32,000 bases of DNA, taken from positions 1,920,001 to 1,952,000 of the forward strand of contig NZ_LT906458.1 of assembly GCF_900187275.1 (NCBI RefSeq), in the 5' to 3' direction. This document shows positions 30,954-32,000 of this stretch, in pieces (position 1 is the first letter of the stretch; each line of letters starts with the position of its first letter). Below the pieces are notes generated by a model. That model did no database searches, was not told the DNA's origin, and saw only the letters and a list, made by a program, of their open reading frames with translations. This DNA is from Pasteurella multocida (GTDB lineage Bacteria; Pseudomonadota; Gammaproteobacteria; Enterobacterales; Pasteurellaceae). The translations under genes and the position numbers were made by a program.

Positions 30954-32000
30954 TTACGCCACAAGTTGTTTTAAAATACGGCGAAGTGGCTCAGCGGCAC
31001 CCCAGAGTAATTGGTCGCCCACTGTGAACGCGGCTAAATATTCCGGTCCCATTTTGAGTTTACGTAAACGACCAACGGGCACAGATAAAGTCCCTGTCAC
31101 TTTGGTTGGCGTCAGTTCACGTAAGGTCACGTCTTTTTCATTTGGGATCACTTTCACCCATTCATTGTGACTTGCAAGAATTTGTTCAATTTCTTCAAGT
31201 GGTAAATCTTTTTTCATTTTGATGGTGAAAGCTTGGCTGTGGCAACGCAATGCACCGATACGCACACATAAACCATCAACAGGAATTGGACTGTCGTCTA
31301 AGCCAAGAATTTTATTGGTTTCCGCATAGCCTTTCCATTCTTCTTTGGTTTGACCATCTTCCCAGAGTTTATCAATCCACGGAATTAAGCTCCCTGCCAG
31401 TGGTGCACCAAAGTTTTCAATCGGTAAATCACCGCGCATTTTTGCTGTTACTTTACGTTCAATGTCTAAAATGGAGGAGGCTGGATTATCTAAATCCACT
31501 TTCACGCTGTCTTCAAGTTGACCCATTTGTACCAATAATTCGCGCATGTTTTTCGCACCCGCACCACTTGCTGCTTGGTATGTTGCTACAGACACCCATT
31601 CTACTAAATCACGTTCAAATAAACCGCCTAACGCCATTAACATTAAACTCACAGTACAGTTACCGCCAACGTAGGTTTTAATGCCATTTTTTAAGCCTTC
31701 GCTGATGACATTTTGGTTCACTGGATCAAGCACGATAATCGCGTCTTTTTCCATGCGTAATGCGGACGCGGCATCAATCCAATATCCCTTCCAACCTGCT
31801 GCACGTAATTTCGGATACACCTCGTTGGTATAATCACCACCTTGACAGGTCACGATAATGTCTAATTTTTGTAATTCAGCGATATCAAAAGCATCTTTCA
31901 GCTCACCCGCTTGCTTGCCACCAAATACGGGGGCGTTTTGACCCGCTTGTGATGTGGTAAAAAACACAGGATTGATATTGGCAAAGTCATTTTCTTCTTG
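30954..32000 (-). CDS. asd: aspartate-semialdehyde dehydrogenase, N-terminus beyond right edge
   Basis: The frame continues upstream of the track's M to the window end ([28 protein letters not shown]...). [19 protein letters not shown]; C-term [20 protein letters not shown]. Confidence 0.96.
   Translation of the reverse strand, partial: QEENDFANINPVFFTTSQAGQNAPVFGGKQAGELKDAFDIAELQKLDIIVTCQGGDYTNEVYPKLRAAGWKGYWIDAASALRMEKDAIIVLDPVNQNVISEGLKNGIKTYVGGNCTVSLMLMALGGLFERDLVEWVSVATYQAASGAGAKNMRELLVQMGQLEDSVKVDLDNPASSILDIERKVTAKMRGDLPIENFGAPLAGSLIPWIDKLWEDGQTKEEWKGYAETNKILGLDDSPIPVDGLCVRIGALRCHSQAFTIKMKKDLPLEEIEQILASHNEWVKVIPNEKDVTLRELTPTKVTGTLSVPVGRLRKLKMGPEYLAAFTVGDQLLWGAAEPLRRILKQLVA

Noticed and set aside
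31250-31681. 143-aa plus-strand ORF opposite asd
   Set aside because: Fully antisense to asd and without recognisable motifs.

Overview
This window reads as ordinary Pasteurellaceae core chromosome. The evidence is 19 exact copies of the Hin-type DNA uptake signal core AAGTGCGGT/ACCGCACTT, gene content, and a surE-nlpD region without pcm or rpoS. Gene order left to right: lptD (truncated at left edge), tag, talB, a PIN-like domain protein, nudJ, rluE, icd, ftsB-ispD-ispF-truD, a Sel1-repeat protein, surE, a YqaA-like membrane protein, a small lipoprotein missed by the ORF track, nlpD/lppB, dtd-yihY-ychJ, an ArgO/LysE-type exporter, rpe-gph-trpS, a TonB-dependent receptor behind a strong Fur-box match, a DUF3108-like gene split by an in-frame TAA, ilvA, ilvD, an aspartate/glutamate racemase, ilvM, ilvG with an unlisted leader peptide and attenuator, yigL, crcB, pldB, and asd (truncated at right edge). 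I found no CRISPR array, IS element, prophage, tRNA or rRNA, and no convincing undescribed defence or mobile system. The most useful non-obvious items are the ilv leader/attenuator, the Fur-box TonB receptor, the nonsense-split gene, the tandem LysM domains in NlpD with a mini-lipoprotein paralog upstream, PurR-like operators (one upstream of talB), a PIN protein in the slot after nudJ with an apparent C-terminal internal repeat, and a possible uORF in front of icd.
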